In this document: positions 32,647-43,178 of the stretch, in pieces
Position numbering within the stretch: the stretch's first letter is position 1
Layout of the letters: every line of letters starts with the position of its first letter
Source of the DNA: Epithemia pelagica
Lineage: Eukaryota; Protista; Bacillariophyta
Length of the DNA: 64,000 nucleotides
Reading direction: 5' to 3'
Assembly: GCA_946965045.2 (NCBI GenBank)
Contig: OX337229.1
Location: 1,054,001-1,118,000, forward strand
Notes under the pieces: generated by a model
The model's input: only the letters and a program-made list of their open reading frames with translations
What the model was told of the DNA's origin: nothing
Databases searched by the model: none
Position numbers and translations under genes: made by a program

Positions 32647-34455
32647 TCATTTACTCTCCTTTTCAAACTGAACTGGAGCGGTCCGTGGTCCTGCCGTAAC
32701 TTCCATGCTCCCTTCAGCACCAGAGAATCCCTTATGAGGCACAAACTTGTTGGTAGCACCCTCCACGAGCTTGTCGTATTGCTCATCGGCATTGTATTCG
32801 GTTTCCCCTCGGGTAGGTCTATAAATAGATGCCGAAGACGCCCCAGAGGCACCACCGAACAAGGGTTTCGTGTACGTGGTGTAATCATCTTCCCGTCCAA
32901 ACCCAGAATCCATTCCACCCGTCTGATTATACAATCGCGCATCCACGTCGCCACCCAATCCCCCACCTGTTCCAGTGTGGACACCCAAGGCAACTTTTTC
33001 CGAAACATCGCGTTCTTCCTCCAAGCGTTTCTTTTTGGCTTCCATGTTGTTTTCCAAGCGCAGCTCTCGTTCGCGTTGTCGTTTTCGTTCCATCCGCATT
33101 CGCTCACGCTGCCGTGCCGCAACCGCATCGTCCGATTCTTCTTGATTTCCCCTTTCGAAACTCTGATCATCATCATCGTTTTCTTCATCGGATGACAAGG
33201 GCCTTCGCTCAGTCTCATCGGTGGCAGTAGTGTCGGCTACCACGGCTCCTCCTCGTTCTCGTCGAGCTTTATTCGCAAGCTCGCGAAGCTCCTCTTCTCT
33301 TCTTTCTTTTTCTTGCAGCGCCAATTTCTTTTGTACCTGCGATCGCATCCGTACTTCTTGTCGGGCTTGTCGCTCCGCCTCGTAGAGCGACTCGGAGAGT
33401 GTGGCAAAGTTTGAATTGATCGTGTGCTCTCTCAATCCTCGACCATCGGCCGCCAAACGTTTGTCGAGTGGGATGGTGTATCCACGGGAATTTTTCCAGT
33501 TAGAAATACATGCCGGAATGTTCCATGCCTCCCGCTCTTCCTTCGATAGTTTGGTCGGAGGAGCATGCAAAATTGGGACCGGATCCTCCGCTGGTCCTCT
33601 CGGCGCCTTGATGTGTTTGTGCTTTGGAGGCATCATGGGATCGACCTGAGCTGGGACCATTTGAATGACACGTTGCGGAGCCGCTGCAGCATTGTATCCA
33701 GGAGCATCCTCTCGAGGAGTGTAGCGAATAAACTGGGTTTTGCCTTCCACATTTTTCGATGTTTCGGCATTTTGAATGGCAGAGCCCTTGGGTTTGTCCA
33801 AAGCTGTTTTACTAGAAATCAAGGCCTGAAGGGCAGCTTGTGTCCGTTCTGCTTCTGCCTTTTCTTCTTCTTCACTTGGAAGGGCAATATCCTCCGCTTT
33901 GGCCTCCCGTGATTTCATGTCCTCGAGACGCGAATACACCTTCTTGTCGGAATTTGTGCCTCCCTTGACAATGGCATCGTACGAAACTTGTCCATCAGCA
34001 TCCACTTCTGCATTGACAATGGCTCGTGACGCACTCTGACTACCTCGCACAATCGCCCCGGTCTCCTTACTGTCTGTCGTGGGCGCTTTTTTAACATGGG
34101 GATTGCCCATGTGGCGGGGCCATTGTGCCACATGAATTTCTGGGTAGGCTCCTCCATCCTCAAAATCAGCCAACGAACGTGGAACAAAGAGCTTCTGACG
34201 ACGTCGTTCTTCGGGAGGGAGTTTTACCAAAGCAGCCGCGGCACGGCAACGCTGTTCGTACGATGGAACCACCACTGCTGATTTCGGGATGGATGATCGT
34301 GCTTGTGGCTTTGCATTTCTATTTGTTTGCTGTGCTGTACGTTTCAAGGACCCTGAAGAAACTGATTGACCGGATGTTGATTGAGAAGAGGATATTAAGG
34401 ACTTTTGCTGTCCAAGACCAATGTTCTTCGGGGGAGGAAGCGAGAGAGACGCCAT
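32647..34455 (-). CDS. SNW1: SNW domain-containing splicing factor (SKIP/Prp45)
   Basis: DFEDGGAYPEIHVAQWP, DPMMPPKHKH, IPACISNWKNSRGYTIPLDKRLAADGRGL, ERDVSEKVALG and a C-terminal RTAPVQFEK are present. Confidence 0.96.
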   Translation of the reverse strand: MASLSLPPPKNIGLGQQKSLISSSQSTSGQSVSSGSLKRTAQQTNRNAKPQARSSIPKSAVVVPSYEQRCRAAAALVKLPPEERRRQKLFVPRSLADFEDGGAYPEIHVAQWPRHMGNPHVKKAPTTDSKETGAIVRGSQSASRAIVNAEVDADGQVSYDAIVKGGTNSDKKVYSRLEDMKSREAKAEDIALPSEEEEKAEAERTQAALQALISSKTALDKPKGSAIQNAETSKNVEGKTQFIRYTPREDAPGYNAAAAPQRVIQMVPAQVDPMMPPKHKHIKAPRGPAEDPVPILHAPPTKLSKEEREAWNIPACISNWKNSRGYTIPLDKRLAADGRGLREHTINSNFATLSESLYEAERQARQEVRMRSQVQKKLALQEKERREEELRELANKARRERGGAVVADTTATDETERRPLSSDEENDDDDQSFERGNQEESDDAVAARQRERMRMERKRQRERELRLENNMEAKKKRLEEERDVSEKVALGVHTGTGGGLGGDVDARLYNQTGGMDSGFGREDDYTTYTKPLFGGASGASSASIYRPTRGETEYNADEQYDKLVEGATNKFVPHKGFSGAEGSMEVTAGPRTAPVQFEKESK

Positions 34456-34712
34456 GGTCGAGTTCGATTCGTTTCTGGTGTTGTCGGTTTGAGTGTCGAT
34501 CCCACTGGGCCGGAGCTTGAGGGCCTGCCTTATCGAGCTCTCGAGCTTACCGAAATCACGCCAAAATTGGAATCTGACGTCATCATATCCCACCGATGAG
34601 CTCACCCAAAACCCACTTGTTGTTGCATAGCTCTCGATCTAATCTATATATTTTGTAGCAGGTACTCCTATCTCCTAGGAGTATCTTTTTGTGTCCCCTG
34701 GAGATTTTTCAT

Positions 34713-35270
34713 AGAGGTGGCTCACTCGGTAAGCGGCTCCAGCGCTGGAGTTTGTTCCCAATTCTCACGTAAATCTGTAACGGTGGAAGGGTCCAGGGAT
34801 GCTTGTTTCGCAGATGTGATCAGTCCTGCAATACTGAGCGACCTTTCGGAAGAGGAAGCAGTCGCAGGCAATGCAAGATATTTTCTTGCTAGGCACCAAA
34901 TGTTGGGATCTTGACTTACTTTCATCTTCCACATAATGCTCTTCCACCTTTGATGAGTCATCATTATCATTGCAATCAGACATTGTGGAAGGTAGTGTGG
35001 AGCAAATGAATGACATAGGGTCAGTCATGACCAGTGCGGAGCAAATGAATGACATGCAACAGTCAGAGACCAATGTACAATAGCGCTTACCTGCTTACCT
35101 TTCCAGCAAGTCTCACCATAAGATAGATTCACTAGCCTCTAGCTAAGTATTTTCATCCTGGTAGTACAGGTAGTCTTTTCTCCAGCGGACGCGCATACCT
35201 AGCTCCAGCAGAGACGTCTCCAGCGCTTACCTAGCTCCAGCAGAGATGAGCTGTTGCTGGAGCCACCTCT
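34713..35270. mobile_element. Putative non-autonomous Mutator-like (MULE) DNA transposon derivative, 558 bp
   Basis: 11-bp TIR AGAGGTGGCTC (34713-34723 and 35260-35270) with a near-perfect 10-bp flanking direct repeat GATTTTTCAT/AATTTTTCAT (34703-34712, 35271-35280). Both ends share subterminal GGTAAGCG...CTGGAG motifs. An internal minus-strand ORF carries a SWIM-like CxC...C...H. Confidence 0.65.
34994..35071. repeat. Two-copy 39-bp tandem repeat inside the MULE-like element
   Basis: AGTGTGGAGCAAATGAATGACATAGGGTCAGTCATGACC is followed by AGTGCGGAGCAAATGAATGACATGCAACAGTCAGAGACC. Confidence 0.85.
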
Positions 35271-36086
35271 AATTTTTCATGCCATGTCAGGCCACATACG
35301 AAAATCATTATTCACGAGCTTGATAAGATTGGCCTTCAGTCACTTCGATCTTTATATACACAAATAACTACCATAATGTTTGGAGTAATCGATTCACTTG
35401 ACCCTGAGATAATGCTCTAGGTTGTACACCTGAGCATCCTATCCCTTCCACGCATCATCACCACCCAAGAGGACTCCGCAGAGTGCACCAGCGAAGTGCT
35501 CTGAAGTATATCCCTATCCCAGCGACTTCCGAGGGTCGAGTCCGACGGAAAACGCTCTCTTAGACCAACCGTACCGATCAGCAACAATCCTGTCCAGCAA
35601 ACAAAACCCTGTCTATCCACAACGGCAACAACCATTGGTTTACCTGAAGGGTAGCCAAGCTCAACGAATTGCTAACAATCTTACTGATCATTTACAAAAA
35701 CCGAAGAATCATCTTGAAACATCTATCGACAAATATCGTCAACAAATATGCCCCCGCCGCCAACCTTATCAGACAAGTCTCAACTAACAACTATCAAGCG
35801 ATCTACTCAGATGGCTAAGATCAGCGGATTACCATCGATGAAAACTAAAGTCGTTGCTATGATGGGGTATGATGGTGCAAGCACTATGATGTCGACTAAT
35901 CAGTGTGGAAACGGTTAGGAAACTAGCCAACTGCGGTCAAGTGCTTAGGTTCGACTCCTAAGTACTCCATTTTCCTTCGGGTAGCAAAATTTTGAATTTT
36001 CAACAATGAAGACGAATCTCCACGTGACACGTGTGACGTGTACTGGATCGATTTCAGCGCGTCGAAAATCCACCAAAAACACAACC

Positions 36087-37832
36087 ATGAGCTCGTCCTC
36101 CTCGTCGTCGGCTGGTATCCGACGGAATTTGTCTGCCACAACTACCACTTCACTTCTTGCGGTAGCTACGCTTGCTCCAAGAGCCCATGGGACCGCCTCG
36201 TCATTACCAAGTGCGTCGATGCGATGGACAGTTCAAAAGCCTCATGATTTGAGTCGGTCGTTGGATGCAATTCCTGATCCGTTGGCCGTGCTTGTCTCGT
36301 CGTCGACCGGAGAGTCGACGCATGATTCGGCACCTTGGCATAGTTGCCGAGATACATCTCCAATCTTCCTGCAAATTCCTCGAGGTGGAGAGGCCAATGA
36401 TAAGAGTGACGATTCCGAAGAGCACGACCGACCGTCCAGCGAGCATCGGAAGTCGAGTCGAAAGAACAAGAGCAACAAGGCTCATCAGCATGGCTCTACC
36501 GCTGCCGAAAAATCGGAGGGTCGCCAACACAAGCGAAAATCGCATGGGAAAATGAAGGACTCGGAAAAGAAGGATGCAAGCAAACAACCATCATCATCTG
36601 TCCCACCGATCGTTGAGGAAATTTTGCGAGAGGAGGACTACTACGCTGTCTTGGGACTGGACAAACAAGCTGTTCTCAGTCACCCATCCAATGCAGCAGA
36701 TAAGATAAAGAAAGCATATCGAAGACGGGCCTTGCAAACACATCCAGACAAAACAAACGGTGATCGAAGAGCGTTTGACAAAGTTGCCGAGGCCTACGAT
36801 GTACTGTCAGATGAAGACAAACGCAAAATGTACAATCGGTTTGGAAAAAAGGGTGTAGACCAACACGCATCAGGGATGCACAATGCGCATGGAGGTTTTG
36901 CCACTGCGGAGGACTTGTTTCGTTCCTTTTTTGGAGGAGGCATGCCCTCCTCTCAATCTCGCGGCTCCAACCCATTTATGCGACGAAATCGAACCCTACG
37001 ATATCAATTGGAAGTTACCTTGGAGGATTTGTACCAGGGATCGAAACGTGAAATCCTTGTGGCACCACCGGGTGTTGCTGCATCTCATCACACCAAACGT
37101 GTCCAGGTTCAAATACCCCGTGGTGCCTTGTCGGGCCAAACCATTGTGTTGTCGGGCGAGATGGATTTTGACGTTAACGAAACTCCTGGAGATTTGGTCT
37201 TTGAGGTTCGACAACAGATGCACCGAACATTTACCCGGAAAAACCACGATCTTGCCGTTTCGCTCGAAATTCGACTCAAAGAAGCATTGACAGGAGTTCG
37301 TCGTAAAATACGCTTCCTGGACGGCCAAGATCTCGTTCTGGAATCGGCACGACGAGGAGACAACAATGACCCAATCGTAATAAAGGATGGAGACGTGCAT
37401 GTGTTGAAAGGGCATGGAATGCCCAAATCGATGCATGGACATGAATTCGGAGATTTGTATGTTCAATATAAGGTGGTGAACCCTCAGGCAAAAGGAAGCA
37501 ATAGCTTGAGTGCAGAGGAACGAGAACAATTGGGATTTCTATTGGACAAACTTGAAGGAGTATCAAGCAGCTCAGAGCCCCTTTCGAACGAAGAGGCCTT
37601 GCACCTTAAGCCAGGTCATCGTTCGGACTTTGGGGTGGCTAGTGGACAACCGGATCCGCAATCCTTCCATGGCGAAGACGATGATGCTCACGATTCTTCC
37701 CCGTTTTCGGGTCCACATTCTCAGTTTTTCTTTTCCTCCGCAACATCGTCGAACCCATTTTTTGGAATGCGTCAAGAGGGTAGGTTCAATGAAGAAGATA
37801 TGGACGGAAATATGCAGTGTCAGCAAATGTAG
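36087..37832 (+). CDS. DnaJ/Hsp40 co-chaperone (J domain, G/F region, C-terminal substrate-binding domain, CaaX end), no zinc finger
   Basis: DYYAVLG...KKAYRRRALQTHPDK...VAEAYDVLSD, LEVTLEDLYQG, PGDLVF and LKGHGMP...FGDLYV are present, and the protein ends QCQQM. Confidence 0.92.
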   Translation: MSSSSSSSAGIRRNLSATTTTSLLAVATLAPRAHGTASSLPSASMRWTVQKPHDLSRSLDAIPDPLAVLVSSSTGESTHDSAPWHSCRDTSPIFLQIPRGGEANDKSDDSEEHDRPSSEHRKSSRKNKSNKAHQHGSTAAEKSEGRQHKRKSHGKMKDSEKKDASKQPSSSVPPIVEEILREEDYYAVLGLDKQAVLSHPSNAADKIKKAYRRRALQTHPDKTNGDRRAFDKVAEAYDVLSDEDKRKMYNRFGKKGVDQHASGMHNAHGGFATAEDLFRSFFGGGMPSSQSRGSNPFMRRNRTLRYQLEVTLEDLYQGSKREILVAPPGVAASHHTKRVQVQIPRGALSGQTIVLSGEMDFDVNETPGDLVFEVRQQMHRTFTRKNHDLAVSLEIRLKEALTGVRRKIRFLDGQDLVLESARRGDNNDPIVIKDGDVHVLKGHGMPKSMHGHEFGDLYVQYKVVNPQAKGSNSLSAEEREQLGFLLDKLEGVSSSSEPLSNEEALHLKPGHRSDFGVASGQPDPQSFHGEDDDAHDSSPFSGPHSQFFFSSATSSNPFFGMRQEGRFNEEDMDGNMQCQQM

Positions 37833-37968
37833 ACAAGTCTGTTCAAGAATAAGACGCTACTATTGTCATATGAGTAGTGTTAGACTTTGACGTGAATGAA
37901 GTGCTCGCAAAAATGCCCTGTTAATGAGCGCCGCAAATGAGGTCACCCATACTTTGGTCCCTGCTCCA

Positions 37969-39192
37969 TTATGGGTCTATACCAACATATTTAGCACTGT
38001 CCTTCCACAGCAAGGATGCGCCTTCCATGTCTTGGGCACAGGGCCACAACTCTTGAGTATTTCGATTCACCCAGTACTCTCCGGACACGAGATCTTTTAT
38101 TGGTGCTGCAAGGTATGATGTACACCAAGCTCCTTGCTCCGGTGTCTTTTGCAATGTCTGGAGCGCAAAGGCAAAGACAATGTTTGGATAGTACAAGTAC
38201 CATGGCATATTTCTCACGACATCGGTTCTAACAAGACCGGGATGAACGGCCGCCGTAAATAGATTGGGGAAACGCCGGTCAAGTTCCTTGACAAACAAAA
38301 TATTGGCCAGCTTCGACATTTCATACTGTCCAAACAAGGTGTATTTCCTTCCCTTGGTACAAAACAAGTCTTTCAAATCAATGGATTTGGCAAAACTGTA
38401 CGTACTGCTGGTGACCACAAGCACACGGCCATTGTTTGTGTTTAGCATGCCACGGTCTAGCAGTAGTCTCGTCAAGAGGTAGTGTCCCAGATGATTGGCT
38501 TGCATCACCAGTTCATACCCATCTTCAGTCATAACTTGTGTTCCCATCATAACACCAGCATTGAGAATAAGCACATCGACCTTGATCTTTTTCTTTTCAA
38601 GTTCGGTCACGGCCTTTTTCACGGATGCCAAGCTCGACAAATCCATGAGCAATATATCCACTGGCTCGACTGGATCTTCCGGTTTGTGCTTCAACAAATA
38701 ATCGACTATGTCGTTCTTTGCTGATTCTGCCTTGCCAGCACTGCGACAAGCCAAAATAAGTTGAGCACCCTTTAAACCAAGTTGAATGGCAGTTTCCTTG
38801 CCAATCCCAGTGTTGGCTCCTGTGATCAATACCACTTTACGCTCCATACGAGAAAGAGTTGGAGCGCTTCCCCCTTCCACCACATGAATTCTTGTCTGTA
38901 CAAGCAGATAGCCTGACAACGTGAAGCAAATTACACCAAGAAGGACGAAATTTCCTTTTTCGTCGAACGGAATCGCTACGGCCAGAAATCCAACCATCAG
39001 AGATATTCGAAGGACCACGGGTGAAAGGTGTGTCGTCCATGGACATTCACGAAAGAAGGGGAGAAACAACGCGCTGCTAATGGCGTAGACAAAGGCGATA
39101 AATGGCGGAACCCCAATAAACATGACCTTCTCCAAAGGTAGATCAAATATCTTCGTCGTCCATTCCTGCAATATTGACACGATAGCTTCCAT
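37969..39192 (-). CDS. Short-chain dehydrogenase/reductase (retinol dehydrogenase/WWOX-like) with N-terminal TM segments
   Basis: VLITGANTGIG, LILACRS, DLSSLASV, LILNAGVM, NHLGHYLL, YEMSKLAN (YxxxK) and VHPGLVRT are present. Confidence 0.92.
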   Translation of the reverse strand: MEAIVSILQEWTTKIFDLPLEKVMFIGVPPFIAFVYAISSALFLPFFRECPWTTHLSPVVLRISLMVGFLAVAIPFDEKGNFVLLGVICFTLSGYLLVQTRIHVVEGGSAPTLSRMERKVVLITGANTGIGKETAIQLGLKGAQLILACRSAGKAESAKNDIVDYLLKHKPEDPVEPVDILLMDLSSLASVKKAVTELEKKKIKVDVLILNAGVMMGTQVMTEDGYELVMQANHLGHYLLTRLLLDRGMLNTNNGRVLVVTSSTYSFAKSIDLKDLFCTKGRKYTLFGQYEMSKLANILFVKELDRRFPNLFTAAVHPGLVRTDVVRNMPWYLYYPNIVFAFALQTLQKTPEQGAWCTSYLAAPIKDLVSGEYWVNRNTQELWPCAQDMEGASLLWKDSAKYVGIDP

Positions 39193-39500
39193 TATTTCTT
39201 GATTTATAGATGAATTCGAAGGGAAGTTTGGACATGCAGTGGTCGGAAAACTCGATATGTTTGTTGGGGGTAATCTTGGATTTTTGCTGTTTTGCTCTTG
39301 GGGCGCATTGGAAAGTTCGGAGGCAGACTTATTTCGGTGAAAAGTGAATATAATTGGCTCGCCCGGCGTGATTGCCGTGGTGGAGGAGTCTTTCCCTCCC
39401 AGAATTTTCTATCTCTCTGCTAGCTGACCATTTTCGTTAGCTAGAGGAATAGCTCCATCGGATTCCTCATAGACGCGGCATCCGAACCTTGACCTTGACC

Positions 39501-40574
39501 ATGACCAATCTTTTCTGTTTCCGATCCGTTGTTTACGTTCTTGCCTCCCTTGGCGTGGTGGTGGTTGCTAGATCCAGCTACGGGACTGAATCATGCAGAA
39601 GCAACGCCACTCACATGAGTTGGACTCTTGCAAACATTCGCCATAGCGGATCCATCTTGTCAGTTGCCGATGAACGAGACATGTTGCCAGTAGCACCATG
39701 TCGCTGGCAGACGAAACATGAAGCAACCAACGAATTGTACCAATATCTTAGACATCATGTGATGGATTTCGATCTGCCCTTCTTGGAGACAATGGGATTC
39801 CATGAAGAAGGTGATTTGCCGGATGGATTGGACGTTGGCATGATTGGAGTAACGATTGATTATGCGTTAAGAGCGAAAGTTGAATTCGAGTACACGGATC
39901 AGCTACCGCTGGAGATATTCCAGGAGTTTGTTCTTAACTACGCCAATGGCAATGAAGCACGCAGTAATTGGCGTCCTTTACTGTGGCAGAAACTCCGATT
40001 TTTGATCCAACCAACAACCGACAGTATTGCCGATGTCGTGCACAATTTAAATGCAAAAATGTGGAGCCTTCTAGCTCCTCCAGACCAGAAGGTTATCTAC
40101 TTCAAAGCACAATCCACCCCTCTAATTTTTGATACCATGTCCATCTTGGCCTTTGGATATGCTTCGTGCACCGGAACTTCTATACTTTTTGTCAATGCCT
40201 TGCGCACCATGGGTGTTCCAGCTCGCCTCGTCGGCACAGCTGCATGGAATCAACAACGTGAAAAGGGCAATCACAATTGGGTCGAAGTCTGGGATAATGG
40301 AGAATGGTACTTTCTTGAGCCATCTCTTTCCACAGATCCACAGAAACCAGCAGATTCAGTCGATGACCTGGAGCGTGATCCATGCAGTCGTTGGTTTTGT
40401 GAACAAAGTCGGTTCACAGGACATCCATCCAATACGACCTATGTGTACGCGGCTCGGTTGGAATCAATACATCATTCAACCTTTTTCCCACTTGCCTGGG
40501 AATGGACCAATCAAGCAGTTCCAGGAGAAGATGTCAGCCAATTTTATCTCGATCGCTGTGGACAATGTACGTAA
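39501..40574 (+). CDS. Secreted transglutaminase-like (TGc, papain-fold) protein
   Basis: Signal-like N-terminus, followed by FGYASCTGTSILFVNALRTMGVPARLVGT and HNWVEVW...WYFLEP. Confidence 0.85.
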   Translation: MTNLFCFRSVVYVLASLGVVVVARSSYGTESCRSNATHMSWTLANIRHSGSILSVADERDMLPVAPCRWQTKHEATNELYQYLRHHVMDFDLPFLETMGFHEEGDLPDGLDVGMIGVTIDYALRAKVEFEYTDQLPLEIFQEFVLNYANGNEARSNWRPLLWQKLRFLIQPTTDSIADVVHNLNAKMWSLLAPPDQKVIYFKAQSTPLIFDTMSILAFGYASCTGTSILFVNALRTMGVPARLVGTAAWNQQREKGNHNWVEVWDNGEWYFLEPSLSTDPQKPADSVDDLERDPCSRWFCEQSRFTGHPSNTTYVYAARLESIHHSTFFPLAWEWTNQAVPGEDVSQFYLDRCGQCT

Positions 40575-40639
40575 CATTCTAGAATACAATCTATCATTTA
40601 CTAATCATACGGTGGGGCAATGAGGACATGTATACATCG

Positions 40640-41182
40640 TTATGCATTTTCTGGGTTACCAGTGGCGTCCTCGTCAATCGTTCTTTCTTCTGATGTAGTA
40701 GTGTCCAATGCAGAGGACGAAACAAGGTCGCCCTGATTTTCACGTGCCTCACCTTCCATAAAGTTGCAACAGGGATTGGATGTTACATGCTGTTCTGCCA
40801 TTGCTTCTTCCTGTAGAAAAAAGATTGCGTATCCAGTGGCCAAACCAAACACAACCGAAAAAAAGAGTTCCACAGAAAACGTCATGGTGGCAAGCATCAA
40901 GCAATAGCCAAGCAAAGCCTGCAGGCCGTGTAGTATTGTGACCAAAAAGCGCAGTTTTGTTGGGTTCCAACTCGAACGATCATCTGATCGGTGTGCCATG
41001 CGAGCACTCAGGACCACATTTCGTCGAACCCTGGACATTGCCTCAGCTCCAATCGACAACAGAAACACGACAATGATAGCCCACGTGAACTTGGCTCTGC
41101 TGTCAAGAGTCCACTCCGGAAAAAATAGATTCAAGCATGGATGACCTCTATTGTAAGTCCTTCGGAAACCGTCCATATACAT
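40640..41182 (-). CDS. Ctr/COPT family copper transporter (the 5' end may extend through an upstream exon)
   Basis: The N-terminal M-x-M (MYMDGF) precedes LFFPEWTL, TM1 and LQALLGYCLMLATMTF (MxxxM). TM3 carries GxxxG (GLATG). Confidence 0.88.
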   Translation of the reverse strand: MYMDGFRRTYNRGHPCLNLFFPEWTLDSRAKFTWAIIVVFLLSIGAEAMSRVRRNVVLSARMAHRSDDRSSWNPTKLRFLVTILHGLQALLGYCLMLATMTFSVELFFSVVFGLATGYAIFFLQEEAMAEQHVTSNPCCNFMEGEARENQGDLVSSSALDTTTSEERTIDEDATGNPENA

Positions 41183-41602
41183 GATCTTAAGAGGAAGACA
41201 TGTATGTGAGCCTCAAATCGTGAACTGTCAATTATGGATGGGAGTTCGTACTGACCATACCACGTTTTTGTCCACCGTGTGAAAGACAAAACCCGGAATC
41301 ATCTTCCTTAGAAAGAAATAACAGTTCAGCAACTAAGCTCGGGAACGATACCATCGTATCTCTTTGTGTATTGGATATATCGTCCTCTCTGAATCCAATT
41401 GCGACCGTCGGTTTGCCTTCAATATCCTTGAAATGGAGAAGGAAAAGCTACCTCAGCTAGCAAAGCGGAAAAATTCTATAGTTCGACTTCTTCATATTGC
41501 TCATGAGTACATTAAGGGGTTATGTTAGGCGACTAACGACTCTTACAATAGGACAAAAAGACAAATAGTTCATGTAATAGATCGATGTACTTCTAGATTT
41601 CC

Positions 41603-42849
41603 TCACGGTTTCAGTGGTTTCCTTCCAACCATGAGATACATGGTGGTAAAGATTCCTTCGGCACCCGCATCACGGAGGGCAAATCCTCCTGCTTGCAGGA
41701 CCTTTTGCGTCTTGACTGTGCCAGCTGGTGCGATCCAAAGAAGTTCCATCGAGTAAATCACGGTGTTGATGATAATTGCTCCAAGCCAGTTGAACTGGAA
41801 ACGGAAGTTGAACGGGTTCCAAGAAGCCATCAATGGTGTCATCCAAGGCTGGACATCGGGCACAGTCGCAAGGTCGTACTCCGTGACAATTTCAAAGCCA
41901 GCTTCTTTCATGGCATCAAGACAAACCTTGGTATTGACAATGTCGGGGAGACCATTTCCTTCTTCAATGTCTTTTTTCATAGTCTGGTGGGTTGGGTTTG
42001 TTGGATCGTATTTATCCGTCATGCACCATTCGTAGCAAGCAAAAATGGCTCCTGGTTTGATGCATCGGTAAATTTCGGAATAGCACTTGACACGATCGGG
42101 AGCATGGCAAGTGGCTTCAATGGCGTATGCAGCATCAAACTCTCCATCCTTGAAGGGCTGCTTCATAAAGTCTCCTTGAATGGATTTGCACTTGTCTTTG
42201 ACGTATTTGTCTTGTTGTGTCATTTCGTTACCTCGGTTGACTTGGTAGGGATTGAGGGTAAGTCCTGTAATCTTGCATTGCAAAAACTTGGCAATGTTGC
42301 GCATAGGTCCTCCAATACCACACCCGACATCGAGAACACTTTTACCAGGACCAAACACTCCCAAAGTGCCTGCCAACATGTACTCATGACGACGAATGCT
42401 CTCGTAAAAGTTTTCATGAGGGAATTGGTACGAAAAATGAAAGGAAGAGCACCATCCCCATTCATAAAAGACAGTAGCCAGATCATAGTAGGCGTTGACA
42501 AGGGCCTGGTAACTGGAGTTGCGCTCTTCCACACTGGCTTCACGATGAAGCTTGCTGTACTCGTCAATGCCCTTGTCCACGGTCGATGACGAACTCAATC
42601 GTTTCTCCTATTGACGCAAAGTAACAAAAGGTTAGACATGTATCTGGGAGTATCCATAGCAAAACAGAAACACACACGCGGCAGTAGACTTACGTGAGCT
42701 CCCAGTTGCTTCCAAAAGACGTAGCAACGACCCAGTGGATTCGTGTTCGTAAAGACCTGCATCACAGCCAAGGTTGCGACAACTCCAGTGCCGACCACGA
42801 CTTCAAGGCCGACATTGTCATTCATTCTAGGCATCTTCAAGCGATCCAT
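41603..42849 (-). CDS. SMT1: Sterol 24-C-methyltransferase; exons 42849-42694 and 42607-41603
   Basis: YYDLATVFYEWGW, SFHF, VLDVGCGIGGP, YAIEATCHAP, KPGAIFACYEW and IEEGNGLP are present. A phase-0 intron adds an N-terminal membrane anchor. Confidence 0.95.
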
Positions 42850-43178
42850 CTTGGTAGTCTCTCGAGTGATCCTGATCTCTTGTCTTGGATGTGTCGAGCA
42901 GTCGGGAAGATATTATGTACTTCGCTTATTCGACCAATGCCGTTCGACGATGATGTCGTGGAAATGGAGGAGGGTAGATGACGTCATCTAAGATACGCGA
43001 AAAATGACTACCATTGTCATTCCAATAATCCGCGACCGTCCGTCTTTCAGACAGAGAAATCCTTCCCCCGTACGTGTTCTGTTGTCGAGGGAATGCCGAC
43101 AACGAGAGCAACGTCCAAATGCCTTCGAACTATATCTGAAGTTCAAACTCTGGAACATTTGGCGCAGAGGTCGGAAGA

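Noticed and set aside
35400-35830. ATG-less open frames between the MULE-like element and DnaJ
   Set aside because: No recognisable transposon or protein motifs; treated as intergenic.
30265-42849. HPPD-like, SDR and sterol methyltransferase as a possible biosynthetic gene cluster
   Set aside because: They are interspersed with housekeeping genes (SNW1, DnaJ) and show no coherent pathway logic.
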